A DNA stretch of 49,103 nt, filler included, from Jimgerdemannia flammicorona (Eukaryota): the NCBI GenBank assembly GCA_003990765.1. It is 2 parts of 2 records of this genome, joined end to end, with 100 filler letters (N's around TTAATTAATTAA, not from the genome) between each part and the next. Parts side by side here need not be neighbours in the genome. Positions count along the whole stretch, not along the records: positions 1 to 24,508 come from RBNJ01000968.1; positions 24,609 to 49,103 come from RBNJ01000969.1. One strand, given 5' to 3'. A program made the position numbers and the translations under genes. Positions 12,674 through 25,066 of this stretch are shown here, piece after piece. Every line of letters begins with the position of its first letter. Position 1 is the stretch's first letter. A model generated the notes under the pieces. It had not been told where the DNA came from, searched no databases, and was given only the letters and a program-made list of their open reading frames with translations.

Positions 12674-14175
12674 TGTTATATAGTGGTCACTGAGTCCTTC
12701 AAATATACCAGATTCTCTTCAAGGTATATCTCTTAGACTAACTCAAGTTTGTTATAAGCAAGTTCTTATTAGAGTATCTTCCCAAGGTCTTATAGTCCTC
12801 AAACTTCTTATCTTTTAAACTATCTTGTTATCTCTTAGATTACTTGTAAGGAAGTGTGTATATTGCACTGAGTAGAACTGACTTTATTTCAGAGAAAATA
12901 AGAGGGGTATTTATACAAAATATAATTCAATGGTTGCTAAGATATAAAGCTAAATATAAATTTCAATAACTAAAATAAAATGCCAGGATAGGAAAAACTA
13001 CTAAGTTCTAGGGTCAGTACTGATGGTTGTACAGGTTCAGAATGCTGGTATAATTCAGTATTACATCAAAATACCAGTGCTGGCATTATTTAGTGTTACA
13101 TCAGAATGCCAGTGCTGATATTATTTAGTATTACCAAGAGACTTAGAGCAGAATGTTCAGGACTATAGGGGCTTCATCATCAGAGGTCTATGAATTCATC
13201 ATCATTACATAGATTGCGTGTTTCATATATATCATGCAAGATGACATCATTGCCGATGATGTCATCATATTCAGTGGCAGGAAAATCAGAAACAAGAAGA
13301 TCTAGAGCTCTCTAGTCTATGAGGTTCTCTTCCACAAAATAGGGAACAAATGTGGGGTCTTAGGGAGGTCTAACCTGGATACTTGGGTCTTGGAATACTG
13401 AGATCAATCCTTGCAGGAATTGGTCTGGGTTATCCTAAAGGATGGGATGCCAGAAGTCTTCTACTTTATCACTATTGAGGGTAATAATGGACTGGGCTTC
13501 TGTAGCCACCCTGACTTCTAGTATATTGATATGGTGGGATGACAGATCTCTGAAATCTGAGACTCTAACATACTCTAAGTTGGGGATTGACTATGGTATA
13601 TGCCTGAAGATCTGATAGATCTTTTTAGCTATCCTTACCTCATGTATATCCATGGGAGTGGCATCTTGTAGCTCTTGGGGGCTGGCCTATAGAAACTCCC
13701 AGCAGAGGAGGTTTCCTATTTCATACTCCTACCATATTTGGAGGCATTCAGTAGTAATGATAATCCTCACAGTGGTAGAGGATATAGTGATAGGGGTCAC
13801 CAGTACTCAGGTTGATATTAGGAGTTCTTCTTGAGCAGATCCTCATGGCTCTTCTGATGTCTTAGAACATCCTCTCTTCGACTGAGATACCTTGGTGGTT
13901 TCTTGATCTTGAGGTTTAGTGAGCAGCAGGTATTTTGTTTGTGGTAAGTCTTTGAGCTATTTTGGAATTGGTGGGTCTTGTTGGTTGCTGCTACTGCAGT
14001 TCCTTGATCCTTCTTTTATATTCCTCAAGATGCTTATACTATGGTCACAATGACTCACAGTTGGTCATCATTGCTCATCTTGTATACTATATGATCTTCT
14101 TGTGCTTCAATCTGATGGCTTGCAAGAAAAGACTATCTCCTGTGCTGATGTCATCATTCTGGAGTCACCATTATA
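12674..14175 (-). repeat. 3' LTR of element C
   Basis: Collinear with 19879-21403 apart from transitions and small indels. Confidence 0.93.
13047..13133. repeat. About 2.5 copies of a 35-bp tandem repeat in the C LTR (also near 20238-20325)
   Basis: Unit approximately tggtattattcagtgttacatcagaatgccagtac. Confidence 0.75.
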
Positions 14176-14519
14176 TCTTCCTCCTGAATAAGGATCTTCT
14201 CAAGCATCCTTATTCATTAGTCCAGTTCTGAAAAATTTGCTGATCTTATAATCTCTGACAAGGAGTTGAAAAGTAGTGTTTATGGGCTAGTGTCTTCCCT
14301 TTGTATTTTGGCATAATAGTGAAGGGTTGCTCTCTTCATATAGAGCAAGAGCCTGATTCTGATCTTGACCAATCAGTTGATAGTTCAAACTCCTCTGGCT
14401 TTGAAAGTCTCATGGATGAGTAGTTGCTAGTGCTATATCTCTTAGAGAATAGTTCAGACAGATAGCCTGCTGGTCACGGGACATGCTGTTATGATTCACA
14501 GACTAGAACCTCATGGGTG

Positions 14520-17500
14520 GTTATCATGTTTTGCTTCTCTTGTATAGGTTCATAATACTTCTTGAGTCTGTTCCTATGTACTGTGGTAGGCAGTATGATT
14601 TCTGAGATTTTTCTAAGCCAGAAGGTAGTTTCCTTGATATCTTGTACATAGAAGGGTTCTTCCTATTTGAGCTCCAGTTTTTGTAACCATGAGGCTTCTA
14701 CCATATTTCAATATAATAGAACTTTTTCTCTGATTTGGATGGGTTCTAGGATCTTGTGATTCTTTTTCGCATTCTTCCTTATCAGTACTTGTGACTTGAT
14801 AATGTAATCTTCAGCCTTCTTCCTGATTTGGTATAGCCTCTGGATTTCTGCATCAACCCATCTCTAAGTTAGGTCTAGATTTGTGGCTGAGGTTCCATCA
14901 GAATCTTCTTCTCCAAAGAGTAGTTCTCTTGGGGTAAAGTGTGTGCTCTGTGATCATATATCTCATAGGACAGAGAGAGTAGTTGGGAGATAGTTATCCC
15001 AATTCTCATATGTCTCTGAGATCTTTGCCAGGATGTTCTTGAGGGTCTTGTTGGTTCTCTCTGTCTGTCCATTTCCTTGAGAGTGGTATGCAGTGGTCTT
15101 GATGTGCTGGATCTTGTATTTCTGATACATTATCTCATAGAATCTATTGATAAATTCTGTGCTGCAGTCTGTTGTGATTTGCTTTGGTGTTTTGTAGTAG
15201 CAGATGATTTCTCAGTATAGGAAGTCAGCTATAGAGAGGGTATTGGCTTCATATAATGCTCTTGCTTCTATCTATTTGGTGAAGAGGTCTACAATAACTA
15301 TAATATAGCAGTTTCCTGATAGTGTCACTGGTAGTGACCCAATGATATGTATCTATTGCAATATGGTGGAAGGAGATAGGCTCAATTCTTGATGACCTGG
15401 GTGTCTGGTCTTACTGATCTTATTTCTGTTTTTGGCACTTGTCATATCCTTTGACAAATTGGTACAGGTCTTCCTCCATCTTGGGCCACTACATAGTTCT
15501 TCTTGCCTTATTATATGTGTTGATTCCTCCTAGATGTTATTGTTTATGTACTTCCTTCATTACTTAATACTTCTTATATTTGGGTATTACTAGCTTTTCT
15601 CCTTTTCTGAGTATAGTGTTGTCTAGTTCAAACTGTTTTCAAGTCCAGTTGATGATGGTGATTGTCCAGGGTTCGAGGTGGTTGGGCATCTTCTACTGCC
15701 TAAGGTAGCTGATTAATCCATAGTATAGCTCCTTATTCATATTGAATAGTCTTGATGGGGGTGTTTTGGAGTGTCCTTGAGAATGCATCAGCATTAGTGT
15801 TGATTCTTTCTGAGCAGTGCTTGATAGTACAGTCATACTCTTGTAGCCTGTAGATCCATCTAGTATATATTTCTTTGGGGTTCAGAGTGTAGAATAGCCA
15901 GGCAAGAGCAGAATGGTCTGTTTGAATAGTGAAGTATTTCCTGGCTAGGTAGTAGTGGAACTTGTCTACTGCCCAGACTACTGCTAAGCATTTGAGCTTA
16001 CATGACTCATAGTTCTGTTCTGCTCTGCAGATATCTTGGCTTGTATAGGAGATAACATATTCATGTCCATCTTTCTTCTGAGCTAGAACTGCTCTAAGAT
16101 CTATAGTACTTGCATCTGTCTGCAGGATGAATTCTAGGTTTCAATCTGGTCTTCTGAGGATAGGTACTTGGGTCAACCTGGTCTTGAGTTTATTAAAGAT
16201 TTCTTAGTACTCCTTGGTCTATTCGAATTTGGTTTTCTTCTTCAGTAGCTCATAGATAGGTACTACAATATTAGAGTATCCTTTGATGAATCTTCTGTAG
16301 TAGCTGGTTAGTCCAAGGAAGGCATGGACTTCTGTAGTTGTTCTGGGTCTTGGGTAGGCTACAACAGTCTCAATCTTTATGGGGTCTATGTGGATTCTAG
16401 TCTGGTTGATGAGGTGTCCTAGATAGGTGATTTCTTGAGCTGCAAACTTGCATTTCTTGGGCTTGATGTAGAGACCATGCTCCTTGAGCTTCTTGAGGGC
16501 TAGTTATATGTGATTGACATATTCCCATGTAGTATTGCTGAAGATGATCACATCATCAACATAGACAAAGAGCCATTTTCCAATCTCATTGCTAAAGACT
16601 CTGTTTATCATTCACTAAAAACTTGCTGGAGTATTGCACATTCCAAATGGCATTTGCAGGTAGATATAGGTGGCATCAGGTATGATGAAGGCTGATTTCT
16701 CACTGGCATCTTGAGTGAGACAAATTTGATAGAAGCCTGAGAACAGATCTAAGGTGGCATAGTATTTGGCTTCGCTTCCAAGAGTGGTAAGGATTTCTTG
16801 AATATTTGGCAAGAGCTGCCTATCCTTCTTGGTGATGGTATTGAGCTTCCTATAGTCAATGCAGAGTCTTGGTGCAAACTCTCTAGGCTTGCTTTCTTTC
16901 TTTAGGGTGAGGACAATGGGTAAAGCCCAGGGACTGATAGCTTGCTTGATGATTCTGACTTCTTCTATTTCCTTGAGTTCTGCTTGCAGCCATTCTCTGT
17001 AGGCAGGTGGTATGGGTCTGGCTTTCTGGTAGATGGGCTTGATATCACTAGTGTCAACTTCATGGTAGTACTTAGATTCTTGATTGTGGATATCCCTGAA
17101 GTCTGTAGCAAGTACTCCTTCATTCTAGTACAGAATCTTGAGAAGTTGTTCTTCCAGGGGAAAGTTTTCTCTAATGGTATATGTATGCTTGTTCTGGTTC
17201 TTATCTTTCTTGTACTCAAGTTCAGTAATCTTGATAGCAGCATAGGCTCCTCTTCCAGTAGATCCAAAGCCTTATTCTCCTCTCTTGGTCTTGATGAGTT
17301 CAATGGCTTCTATGATCTTGGGCTTCTTGATTTCATAGATCAGCATCTGGCCAATCCTGTTATGCTTCTTGACTTTGAATGAGGTGGTGGGGTTGTGATT
17401 CCTGACTATGAGAAAGATCTCACCAGTGTAATCAGGGTCAATTACTCCTCCTTTAACTGAGATTTTGCTCTTGGCCAGACTGCTCCTGGTCTTGATAATT

Positions 17501-19822
17501 CCAATATAGTTTTCTGGCAACTTGACTCTAATTCCAGTGCCAAGTAGGGTGGTGGTCTGTGGTTTGAGGGCAGTATCTTGAATGCTAGCAAGGTCTATTT
17601 CTATGGCTCCTTCAGTCATGTATTCTGGGATCTTGGCTTTGGGGTGAAACTTCTTGACCTTGAGGGTGATGTCTGATTCTTATTCCTCCTCATCATTACT
17701 GTCAGCCTGAAGTTCTGGAGGCTGGTCATCTTCTTTGGCTTTCCTTTTTGCTTTGGTGGCTTCTTGCTTATGTTTCTGTTAGCAGATTTTCCTGACTTCA
17801 CTGATACAGAACCAGTAGTCATTCAGGTGTTCAGAGCAGTACATTCTAGTATCATGGGGGCATCTCCCTTGAGGGGCATAGCCATTGATGATCTTGTTGT
17901 ACCACTGCTCATCTGTGAGCTTGGGTGTCTTGTTCTTATTCTTATTCACCGAGTGCATGAAGACTTCTGTGTCCTCTTTATCTCCTTCCTCTATATCTGG
18001 TAGGACTCCTTTGTGGACATTGATAGAGACTCATACCTTTCTTTCTCTATAGTTGATCTGCATCTTCTGGGCATTGAGGTCAATGATGACCTTGGCCTTG
18101 TGAATCCATTGATTGCTAATGAGGATGTTATAGTTGGTGGTACTTGTAACAATTATGTCTACTGGGATGGTAGCTCCTCCTATTTTGATGGAGACTTCTT
18201 GGATTTTGTCAAGGGAGATAGCTTGTATACTATCTGCTGTAATATAGACCATCTTGGTGAACTCTTCAATATTTCAACCTAGGCAGTCAATTGCCTTCTT
18301 ACTCATGAGGCATTCTCCAGCACTGGTATCAATGATAGCATCAAAAATATAGTCTTTGATCTGATATAGAGTATAGGCTGATGTCTTGCGCTAGTCTTTG
18401 GATTCTTCACCTGAGTTTTCGGATTCTTCCTGTATATTGTGAGCTTCTACAATCTTGTACTTTTGATTTTTGGCAGTAGTTACAAGTCCTACTCTCAACT
18501 GCTATCTAAAGGCAGGGACTTCAGCTAGCTGTCCAAAAGTAGCATTAACCTTCTGTTCCTTGAGGTCCTTGTAGATATTATACTGGTGGATCTTGATCTT
18601 ATGTAGCTTCTATTCCTTCTTGCTTTCACTTTCTCCTAAGACTGGAGTAGTATCTTCAATAATTTGGCAGGCAGCTTCATCTAACTCCATGTCTTGATCA
18701 ATCTTTTCAGGTTGAGTCTTGCTTTGAATAGTGATAGCTAGAGTCTTCTTTGGTCTTCCAACTGGCTTGCTGTTGCTCTTCTTGTTATAGGGCTTAGACC
18801 AGGTTCTGGTACCTTCAGTAGTAGGGTAGAATTCGAGCTCCTCATAGTATTCTTCATCATCAGTGTCACTAATCTCCTTGATAACTACTGTATTGATTTG
18901 TTCTCTGGTTCTGCTAGCATTGCTTGGTTGGGCCTTACATCTTGTTTCAGTCATGCAATTCTTTACATAGTGGCCTTCTTCTCTATATCTGAAGCATATA
19001 ATATTGCATTCTTCTATAGCAGCTGCAAATCTCTGTACTGGTCTCCTGTTGGTACTTCAGACTTCTCTAACAATATCACCAAGGTGTGCAGTCATCTCAG
19101 CAAACTGCTTGGCAAGTTCCTCCACTGGGTCAGCTTTGGTTGCCTTGGGGGTAGGTGGGGATGGTTGTCTGTTTATAACTGTAGCAGGTATAATACTAGT
19201 TGGCTTTGATAGCTCCATTTTGATGTCAGTTATTTTCTCTATTATGTATTCAGCAGAGTATCTGGTAGTCCAATATCTCTATGCAAAGACTACTTTCTGA
19301 TCAAGGGTCAGTACAGCTAGGGTAGACCAGATTGCTATGGCAATTTCAGGGTGAACTCCTTTGAGGAAGGTTGAATCTGCTATTTGTTCCTTGAGGGCAT
19401 CATTATAGCCAGCCAAGACAATCTGGTGGCAGATTCAGGTATAGAATGAGTTGGAATCTTCACTAAGTCTCTAGTAGATAGTATTGAGTTGATCCTTGAG
19501 AGCTTGCTTGATCTCTTCAGTATAGTATGTTGTTCTAAGGAAGGCCTTCATGTTGGCAAGTTTGACTGTACTATTATCGGCAATAGTAGCTATATTGAAC
19601 TTATCTCTGGCAGGTCCTCTGAGGCTGACTGGTAGAAGGGCCAATTGTGCATCCACACCAAGAGCTCATATGGTGGCAAATTATTCAAAGTCTTCAATAA
19701 AGGTCAGGATTGACTCTTTAGTAGTATATCTATAAAATGTGGGGGGGTGTATTTCCATTTTGTCTTGAATTCTTATAGAGGTGACTCTTGTAGTCAGAGT
19801 AGTTATTGTGGGAGTTGTTCAT
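14520..19822 (-). pseudogene. gag-pol of element C
   Basis: ATG at 19822; knuckle CFRYREEGHYVKNC (~18960-19000); IIDTSAG protease (~18325); ATLDLFSGF and VYVDD RT; RNase H ADAFSR; integrase core and KLELK*EEPF. Confidence 0.92.
17254..17670 (-). pseudogene. dut: dUTPase domain of element C, between PR and RT
   Basis: KVKKFHPKAKIP…IDLAS…GIIKTRSSLAK…GGVIDPDYTGEI…RIGQMLI…TKRGE*GFGSTG. Confidence 0.95.
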
Positions 19823-19878
19823 TTTTCAGCTTGAAAGTGAGGAATTCATCTTAAATCACCAGCCAATAGGTACCAAGT

Positions 19879-21403
19879 TGTCATATAGTAGTTGCTGAGT
19901 CCTTTAAATATGTCAGATTCTCTTCAAGGTATATCTCTTAGACTAACAAGCAAGTTCTTATTGGAGTGCCTTCCCAAGGTCTTATAGTTCTCAAACTTCT
20001 TATCTTTTAAACTATCTTATTATCTCTTAGATTGCTTACAAAAAAGTGTATGTATTATACTGAGTAGAACTGACTTTATTTCAGAGAAAATAAGGGAGGT
20101 ATTTATACAAAATATAATTCAATAGTTGCTAAGATATAAAGCTAAATATGAATTCCAATAACTAAAATAAAATACCAGGACAGGAAAAACTACTAAGTTC
20201 CAGGGTCAGTACTAATGGTTGTACAGGTTCAGGATGCTGGTATAATTCAGTATTATATCAGAATGCTGGTACTGGTATTATTCAGTGTTACATCAGAATG
20301 CCAGTACTGGTATTATTCAGTATTACCAAGAGACTTAGAGCAGAATGTTCAGGACTATGGGGGCTTCATCATCAGAGGTCAGGATGTCTTCAAAGGAGAT
20401 AAGGTCTGTGAATTTGTCATCATTATGTAGGTCGTGCATTTTGTATATATCATACAGGATGACATCATTGCTGATGATATCATCACATTTGGTAGTAGGG
20501 AAATTGGGAACAAGGAGATCTGGAGCTCTCCAGTCTATGAAATTCTCTTCCACAAAATAGAAAACAAATGTGGGATCTTAGGGAGGTCTAATCTGGATGC
20601 TTGGGCCTTGGAATACTGAGATCAATCTTACAGGAATTGGTCTGGGTTGTCCTGAAGGATGGGATGCCAAAAGTCTTCTACTTCATCACTATTGAGAGTG
20701 ATAGTGGACTGGGCTTCTGTAGCCACCCTGGCTTCTAGTGCATTGATATGGTAGAATGATAGGTCTCTGAAATCTGAGACTCTAACATACTCCAAGTTGG
20801 AGATTGACTATGGTGCATGCCTGAATATCTGATGGATCTTTTTAGCTGTCCTTACCTCATATATATTCATGAGAGTGGTATCTTGTAGCTCTTGGGGGCT
20901 GGCCTATGGAAACTCCCAGCAGAGAAGGTTTCCTATTTCATACTCCTACCACATTTGGAGGTATTCAGTAGCAATAGTGATCCTTGTTTCCATTTTATAG
21001 CAGTAGAGGATATAGTGATAGAGGTTACCAATACCTAGGTTGACACTAGAAGTCCTTCTTAAGTGGGTTCTCATGGCTCTTCTGATGTTTTGGAACATCC
21101 TCTCTTCAACTGAGATGTCTTAGTAGTTCCTTAACCTTGAGATTTGGTAAGCAGCAGGTATTTTGTTTGTGGTAAGTCTTTGAGCTATTTTGAGATTGAT
21201 GGGTCTTATTGGTTACTGTTACTACAGTTTCTTGATCCTTCTTTTATATTCCTCAGAATGCTTATACTATAGTCACAATGACTCACAGTTGGTTATTATT
21301 ACTCATCTCATATACTATATGATCTTTTTGTACTTTGATCTGGTGGCTTACAAGGAAAGACTGTCTTCTGTGCTGATGTCATCATTCTGGGGTCACTATT
21401 ACA
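19879..21403 (-). repeat. 5' LTR of element C
   Basis: TG…CA termini; matches 12674-14175. Confidence 0.93.
20335..21300 (-). pseudogene. Decayed accessory ORF embedded in the C LTR (second copy at ~13140-14070); homologue of ORF3 of element D
   Basis: …EYEIGNLL…VRTAKKIHQIFRHAP*SISNLEYVRVSDFRDLS… followed by an acidic tail; start codon uncertain. Confidence 0.65.
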
Positions 21404-21407
21404 ATAT

Positions 21408-21790
21408 ATATATATATAATACATAATTACTATTATGAAAATAAGAAGAATAATAAAAATAAGTATAGAGGTTAATAATGATAATATAGAAGCAGTAGAA
21501 AGAATTGAGGGAACAATAAAGAGCAATATATATAATGCAAATATTACTAAAACTAATAATAATCAAGATGAAGATATATTCTATATATAAGTAATATATA
21601 CTAAGTATCTAGAGAAAATATCTACATCTATGACTAAGTTATATATTTTTAAATTAGTGAAAAACAATAATATCAATATAAGTAAAGTATATATATATAC
21701 TAATATAGCTAATGATAATGATATATAGCTTATAAATTCAGATGATATATAATATATAATAGCTGATTAAGAATGGTTTTCTATATATAT
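21408..21790 (+). pseudogene. Continuation of the Copia relic (end of gag and protease)
   Basis: I*LINSDDI*YII…EWFS, a heavily mutated WxIDSGAxxHM…WF motif. Confidence 0.6.
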
Positions 21791-21799
21791 ATAATCTCA

Positions 21800-23585
21800 G
21801 CTCTACTTTCTTCTCTCAAAAATAAATTAGTATTCTTACTTAAGAATTTTCAGATCTGACTTATTAATAATTTTAAGTCTGATCAACTTGAGATACAAGT
21901 ATGGTATTTTTTTTTACATCTTATCAAAAGTGATACTTAGATAAGATCTATACTATAGGTACTTTAGAACTTAGTACTTTCTTAAAAACTCAGAACTTAG
22001 GATCAATAGTCACTATTAATTATTTACAATATATTAATTCTATCAGTATATAGTTTTATTATATATAGTCTATTATACTTCTAATTGACTTAGTCTTTTT
22101 TTTTTAGTAAACTTAGATAATAATTTAACAATTATAGACTTTAATTCTTTAAAGTCTAAGTCTTTTAATATATTCTTTTCAGATAGTTTAGTTTTGAGAA
22201 TTATATATATATTTCAGAATATAAGTATTTATAAAGTTCAGAATATTTAATTTTAGATATTATATAATTCAGAGACTTATTTATAAATTATAGATCTAAG
22301 TCTTAATTATTTTCTTATTAATTAAGAGATAAAGATTCTGTCTTTTATTGAGTTATATTTCTGAAAATATTTATACATTTTGAAGGTCTTTTGACCTTAG
22401 CTATATAACTATTGGTTAAAAGATATAAGATATAAAGTTACTAGAATATAATATAAAATTACACTATAATAGTATTATTGCTAAATCATAATAATACTAT
22501 TTAATGATATAATTTTTAAATATTAACTATGAGATAATTGTTCTGAATTTTACTTAAATTTATAATATAATATAATATATTATATATAGTAATAGTAGAC
22601 TTCTATATAAGAGATTAGAGATCTTTCATCTATCTCTATACTAAAAGAGAATAGATTAACTTATCTGAGCTAGTTTCTGATCTCATAGTCTTAGATAATA
22701 TAGATAGCCAGTTAGATATTAGTCTGATATTAGAAGAGACAGAGTAGTTAAGTGGCTAGATATTGATAAAGATTGTAACTTATACAATTAGTTCTTAAAA
22801 GAGATCAATGATAAAGTTGAACATCTTGTTTTTATATGACTAAGTATTATCATTAGAGTAGTCTTGAAAGTTAAAGTCATTTATAAGATCTAACTCTATT
22901 TATATAGTATAAGTATTATTGAGACTACTAATTTTAACAGAAGTAATACCTTATATATTACTAATAGCAAAGAATATTTTTCTGAATAATTAGTAGATAT
23001 GAAGCAGAATATATTATCTAAAAGTAGAGATATTATATTCATCTAAAATCTCTGAGATATTTATATTACTTCTAATAATAAGTCTATTTGCTTGGCAGTT
23101 TTTTAATATCATAAAATATTAGTAACCTATTATATTTTAGATATAACTTTATTAACAGCTTGTAAATACTATTTGGGATCATATGTCTAAATTAATATAT
23201 TCTCAGATAAACTGATATTGATAGTCAAAGTTAGTATCTCAGAGTATATAATATATGTTCAGAGGGAGAAAATATAATTTATTTATATTTTAGTTTATTT
23301 TTAGAGTTGGTCTTTAAATTAGACTTTGTTGGATCTTTGGTTGATTGTTTTTTAAAGCCAATTATAGTGTTTATATTTGTTTTATAAAGTAAACTATTTT
23401 AGTATAAGGTAACTATGATATCACAGCTTATTATGATATAATTTAGCTTATGCTACTACTAGTTTCAAAGATCTTACTGGTTTGTGATATCAGAAAACTA
23501 ATGACATCAGTAGCTAGTTTTGATATACTTCTAGTTCTTATGATATTATTGACTAATTTAGTCTTATAATATCAAGAGTACAACA
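21800..23585. other. Very AT-rich decayed repeat, possibly the 3' end and LTR of another Gypsy
   Basis: VVKWLDID chromodomain-like word near 22745 and a purine tract near 23262; too degraded to confirm. Confidence 0.3.
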
Positions 23586-23589
23586 AAAT

Positions 23590-24508
23590 TTCCTATGCCT
23601 ACGCCAATAAGGCCTGCCAGGCGGTATGATCACGTGACTTTGCAATAGGAATTACGGTGTGAAGATTGAAAGGGGAAATGTTTCTATGTGGAAAAGAGGT
23701 CGTGTAAATGTTGGGTGTGGGTTTGGCGATAAGGAAGCATATGCTTCCAGAGGCCCACCAATCGCGTCCATATGCGAAGAGGCCGAGCATATATTTATTA
23801 CAAGAGGGATGGGAGGGAGGGGGGGGTTGCTGTATACAAATTGCTAAACGACTAGTTGCTGGCATACGATTAAACGTATGATTGAATGTTAAGTGCGTGA
23901 AGTATATACTAGAATGTTTGCCAGGGAAGTAAAGGGAAATGGCACATAAAGCGGGCATACTGCTGAAACTTGAGCTAGCTAAGGTAGTGTGGGCGCAGAG
24001 AGACAATTGAAACTAAGCTGAGCTGCATGATTGCATGAATATTAAGTGCCAAATAAACTGCATAAAAGTTAAGCGGCTACGGCAGTTTGAACTACATTCA
24101 TAACTATATATAGTCTATTTCTGGATGTAACTATAGTAATATTTATACTAAACTAATACTAAAGCTAGTGTGACTACTATGATGTTGTTTTCTGAATCTT
24201 ATAGCATGTAACCCACTAAACTGATGATGTTCGGAATTCGATGCTTGGGGAGACGAAGCATACTTTCTGACAGCATGGCCTGACCATGGATTGTAGTGCT
24301 GGGCAGAGGATGGTGGGTGGCCAAGTCAGCATTTTCGGTGATCAACAGCTTTGTTCAGTCGTGGAGTATGAGAAGGAACAAACGAGGGTGTTAATATTGG
24401 TTTCGCGAGGTGTACCCAATCTCATAAGGTCATTTTGCCAACATTGTCCTAATAATAAATGATGTCCGACTGCCTTCATCTACCCTCTCCTTTCTCCCGT
24501 TTCTTTGT
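23590..24508. other. CpG-retaining, apparently non-repetitive island
   Basis: Many intact CpG and GCG words in contrast to the flanks; ATCACGTGAC at 23629-23638; no recognisable protein. Confidence 0.6.
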
Positions 24509-24608
24509 NNNNNNNNNNNNNNNNNNNNNNNNNNNNNNNNNNNNNNNNNNNNTTAATTAATTAANNNNNNNNNNNNNNNNNNNNNNNNNNNNNNNNNNNN
24601 NNNNNNNN
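24509..24608. other. Artificial scaffold gap/linker
   Basis: 44 N + TTAATTAATTAA (stops in all six frames) + 44 N = 100 bp. Confidence 0.97.
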
Positions 24609-24650
<42 letters not shown>

Positions 24651-24892
24651 GACTCAAAGTCCCACAGATTTTTATTAAAAGAGAATCTAGACTATATAGG
24701 CCAAAACTCTCCTCCACCACCTATCAAGCACTGCCTCTTTATTAATCTAGGCTAACTATTGTCCAGCAACTTGATCATACCAGGCATAGTAGGGCCTATG
24801 TTGGTCTATATCTCATTCTGCACACCATGCTCTCTCTACTATCAGGGAGAACTCAGTTATATACTAATGACTGAAAGCATATACCCAAAACC

Positions 24893-24904
<12 letters not shown>
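24609..24904 (-). mobile_element. 3' end of LINE-3 with poly(A) tail
   Basis: Poly(T) at 24609-24646; AATAAA on the minus strand near 24671-24676; joined to 30867 onward by the duplicated ccaaaaccccaatatatata. Confidence 0.7.
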
Positions 24905-24927
<23 letters not shown>

Positions 24928-25066
24928 ACAGACCAAGTGTCTTCCATACCAGAAGCAAATTTTATTCAAGCAAACAGCTCCAGGAAATTACATTTTTTTT
25001 TTTTATAGTCTCTTGGACTCTGTCTTTATTACCAGTCTATGAATAAGTATACAATAACACCACCCC

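Larger units (their letters stand above)
12674..21403 (-). mobile_element. Full-length Ty3/Gypsy element C (no chromodomain): gag-PR-Cys/His module-dUTPase-RT-RH-IN-3' region, 1.5-kb LTRs
   Basis: Paired LTRs; 4-bp TSD ATAT at 12670-12673 and 21404-21407; PBS-like TGG near 19875; PPT at 14176-14185; domain motifs. Confidence 0.95.

Noticed and set aside
24221..24270. Box C/D snoRNA-like TGATGA…CTGA with an internal hairpin
   Set aside because: Only ~50 nt, no terminal stem and no rRNA guide that I can identify; an Rfam/snoscan search would be needed.
24553..24564. TTAATTAATTAA palindrome within the N run
   Set aside because: It is a symmetric 44N-12-44N assembly linker, not biological; adjacency across it is unproven.
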